Shown here one piece after another: positions 63,020-64,000 of a DNA stretch of 64,000 bases. The position numbers and the translations under genes are program-made. The notes beneath the pieces were generated by a model. The model made no database searches. It was not told the DNA's origin and saw nothing but the letters and a program-made list of their open reading frames with translations. Numbering within the stretch: position 1 is the stretch's first letter; every line of letters starts with the position of its first letter. This DNA comes from an uncultured Spirochaetales bacterium (GTDB lineage: Bacteria > Spirochaetota > Spirochaetia > Sphaerochaetales > Sphaerochaetaceae): positions 12,419 to 76,418 of the forward strand of contig CAKQWE010000003.1 in the NCBI GenBank assembly GCA_934277975.1. The letters run 5' to 3'.

Positions 63020-63622
63020 ATGTCAGAGACTTTACATGACAGATTGTTTGAGGACTTGGTCTTTTTGTATTCAACGGAGTGCAGGTTCAGCGATGAGATG
63101 AAAGACCAGATAAAGAAAGACATGGCTTGGATGTGGACGGATCATGCGAACTTTCAAGAAAAGAGAAAAGCCAAGTATCTAGGATGTGGCTTCTGGTCCA
63201 AGGAAGCTTTGGATGTATTGTATGAAATGGACTGGAAAACACTTAAACCTAACAGAAGGAAAACAAGAGTCAACTATCAAAGTATTCTTCGTCATGACCA
63301 TGTTTACCCAAGAAAAGACTTCAAAGAATCCTGCGATGCATTTTTCAAACACGACCATTCGGAGAATGATTTGCACGAATTCAAGGAAAAGCTTGAAGAG
63401 TTCTTCTGTGGATGTGTCATCACGAAGGAAGAAGATCGCCGTTTGCCACGAGGTGCCAGTGAACACATAGATGTTTGTTCTCTTTCTCCAAATGAGTATT
63501 GGTCAAGATATAGAAACTACAACGAAGCCCATAAAGACAAGCCAGTCGAAGTCTATAAATGCGAATGGGAGCTCAACGGCAGGAGTTGGAATCTGGTATG
63601 CGTAAGCAAGGTGGAGATGTAA
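63020..63622 (+). CDS. hypothetical protein (orphan)
   Basis: 200 aa ORF with AAGGAGAAGAAAGA upstream of the ATG. It contains ILRHDHVYPRKDF and CGCVITKEEDRRL segments. No family confidently recognised. Confidence 0.45.
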   Translation: MSETLHDRLFEDLVFLYSTECRFSDEMKDQIKKDMAWMWTDHANFQEKRKAKYLGCGFWSKEALDVLYEMDWKTLKPNRRKTRVNYQSILRHDHVYPRKDFKESCDAFFKHDHSENDLHEFKEKLEEFFCGCVITKEEDRRLPRGASEHIDVCSLSPNEYWSRYRNYNEAHKDKPVEVYKCEWELNGRSWNLVCVSKVEM

Positions 63623-63745
63623 TATTTCTATATCGAACATTTTTGCGGGTATACGCAGTTTTGTTCGATGGAACGGCGGGGTAGGGCAACCTCTCCGCCC
63701 GTTCTGTAATCTCTCTGCAACCTTTTGATTTTGTCTATTTTGTAA

Positions 63746-64000
63746 CTACATTTCCAAACTTGCAGGATTCAGCAAGAAGTCGAAGATGCTCATGACCAGT
63801 ACACCTCTGTCATTGTAGTACGGTGCTGGCGCATCCTTGGTGACTATGATTTTCTTGAAGGCATCTCCTGTCATCATCAGGGATCGTTGCTCCTGCTCTA
63901 TTTTCGCCTGGTCCGGAACGGAATAGGCTGACTGGATGTAGTAACGCCTGGAGCCTTTGTTGCATACGAAATCTATTTCATACTGCCTGCGGGTGCTTCT
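63746..64000 (-). CDS. 3' end of an AAA-ATPase/DUF4143-type (COG1373-like) gene; 5' part outside the window
   Basis: The - strand frame is open from 64000 to the TAG at 63746-63748: ...YEIDFVCNKGSRRYYIQSAYSVPDQAKIEQEQRSLMMTGDAFKKIIVTKDAPAPYYNDRGVLVMSIFDFLLNPASLEM. This matches my recollection of the C-terminus of that family. It is absent from the ORF track because it has no start in the window. Confidence 0.5.
   Translation of the reverse strand, partial: RSTRRQYEIDFVCNKGSRRYYIQSAYSVPDQAKIEQEQRSLMMTGDAFKKIIVTKDAPAPYYNDRGVLVMSIFDFLLNPASLEM

Noticed and set aside
62494-63123. ORFs 62494-62958 (+, 154 aa) and 62728-63123 (-, 131 aa) as genes.
   Set aside because: They overlap each other, and the first also overlaps the Rpn-like remnant. 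The - strand ORF is low-complexity. The C-terminal half of the + strand ORF (LSPDIILVSTNRAVFDEVFG...) might be a real gene fragment, but it lacks a credible start and I recognise no family, so I left it uncalled.

Overview
Most of this 64 kb window is conserved bacterial housekeeping DNA. It includes smc, the ffh-rpsP-KH-rimM-trmD-rplS-yraN cluster, coaD, rpmF-acpP-rnc, cca, ileS, trpS, gpsA, thiI with a cysteine desulfurase, aroB, hisS, pcnB, rnfCDGEAB, prfB, ftsY, a LolCDE-like ABC transporter, rnz, tsaC, aroH, two permeases and two tRNAs. The gene content (PUR-like DUF3276 protein, long type-2-like IleRS, Rnf complex) would fit a spirochaete such as Treponema, but that is inference only. 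Three patches look accessory. (1) The left edge holds the 3' end of a BrxL-like gene, a coupled zinc-ribbon ORF and an orphan cysteine desulfurase, so a BREX-type locus may lie just outside the window. (2) The strongest signal is a 6.2 kb insertion (12509-18736) in the 3' end of yraN, bracketed by perfect 162 bp direct repeats and lacking any recombinase. It carries a tight four-gene module that I cannot assign to a named defence system. The genes are a methyltransferase-like protein lacking the catalytic NPPY motif, a 1349 aa fusion (T5orf172/GIY-YIG-like head, SF2 helicase, NPPY methyltransferase-like module), a 59 aa ribbon-helix-helix protein, and a GIY-YIG/DUF4357 protein. (3) A degraded accessory region follows tRNA-Thr: an Rpn-like pseudogene, orphan ORFs and a DUF4143-type ATPase fragment. 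Other observations are the prfB +1 frameshift, a GH57-like protein with the nucleophile Glu replaced, a leader-ORF/terminator arrangement upstream of the uracil permease, and three kinds of short phased or tandem intergenic repeats. All family assignments come from motif recognition by eye. No searches or computations beyond manual counting were possible.
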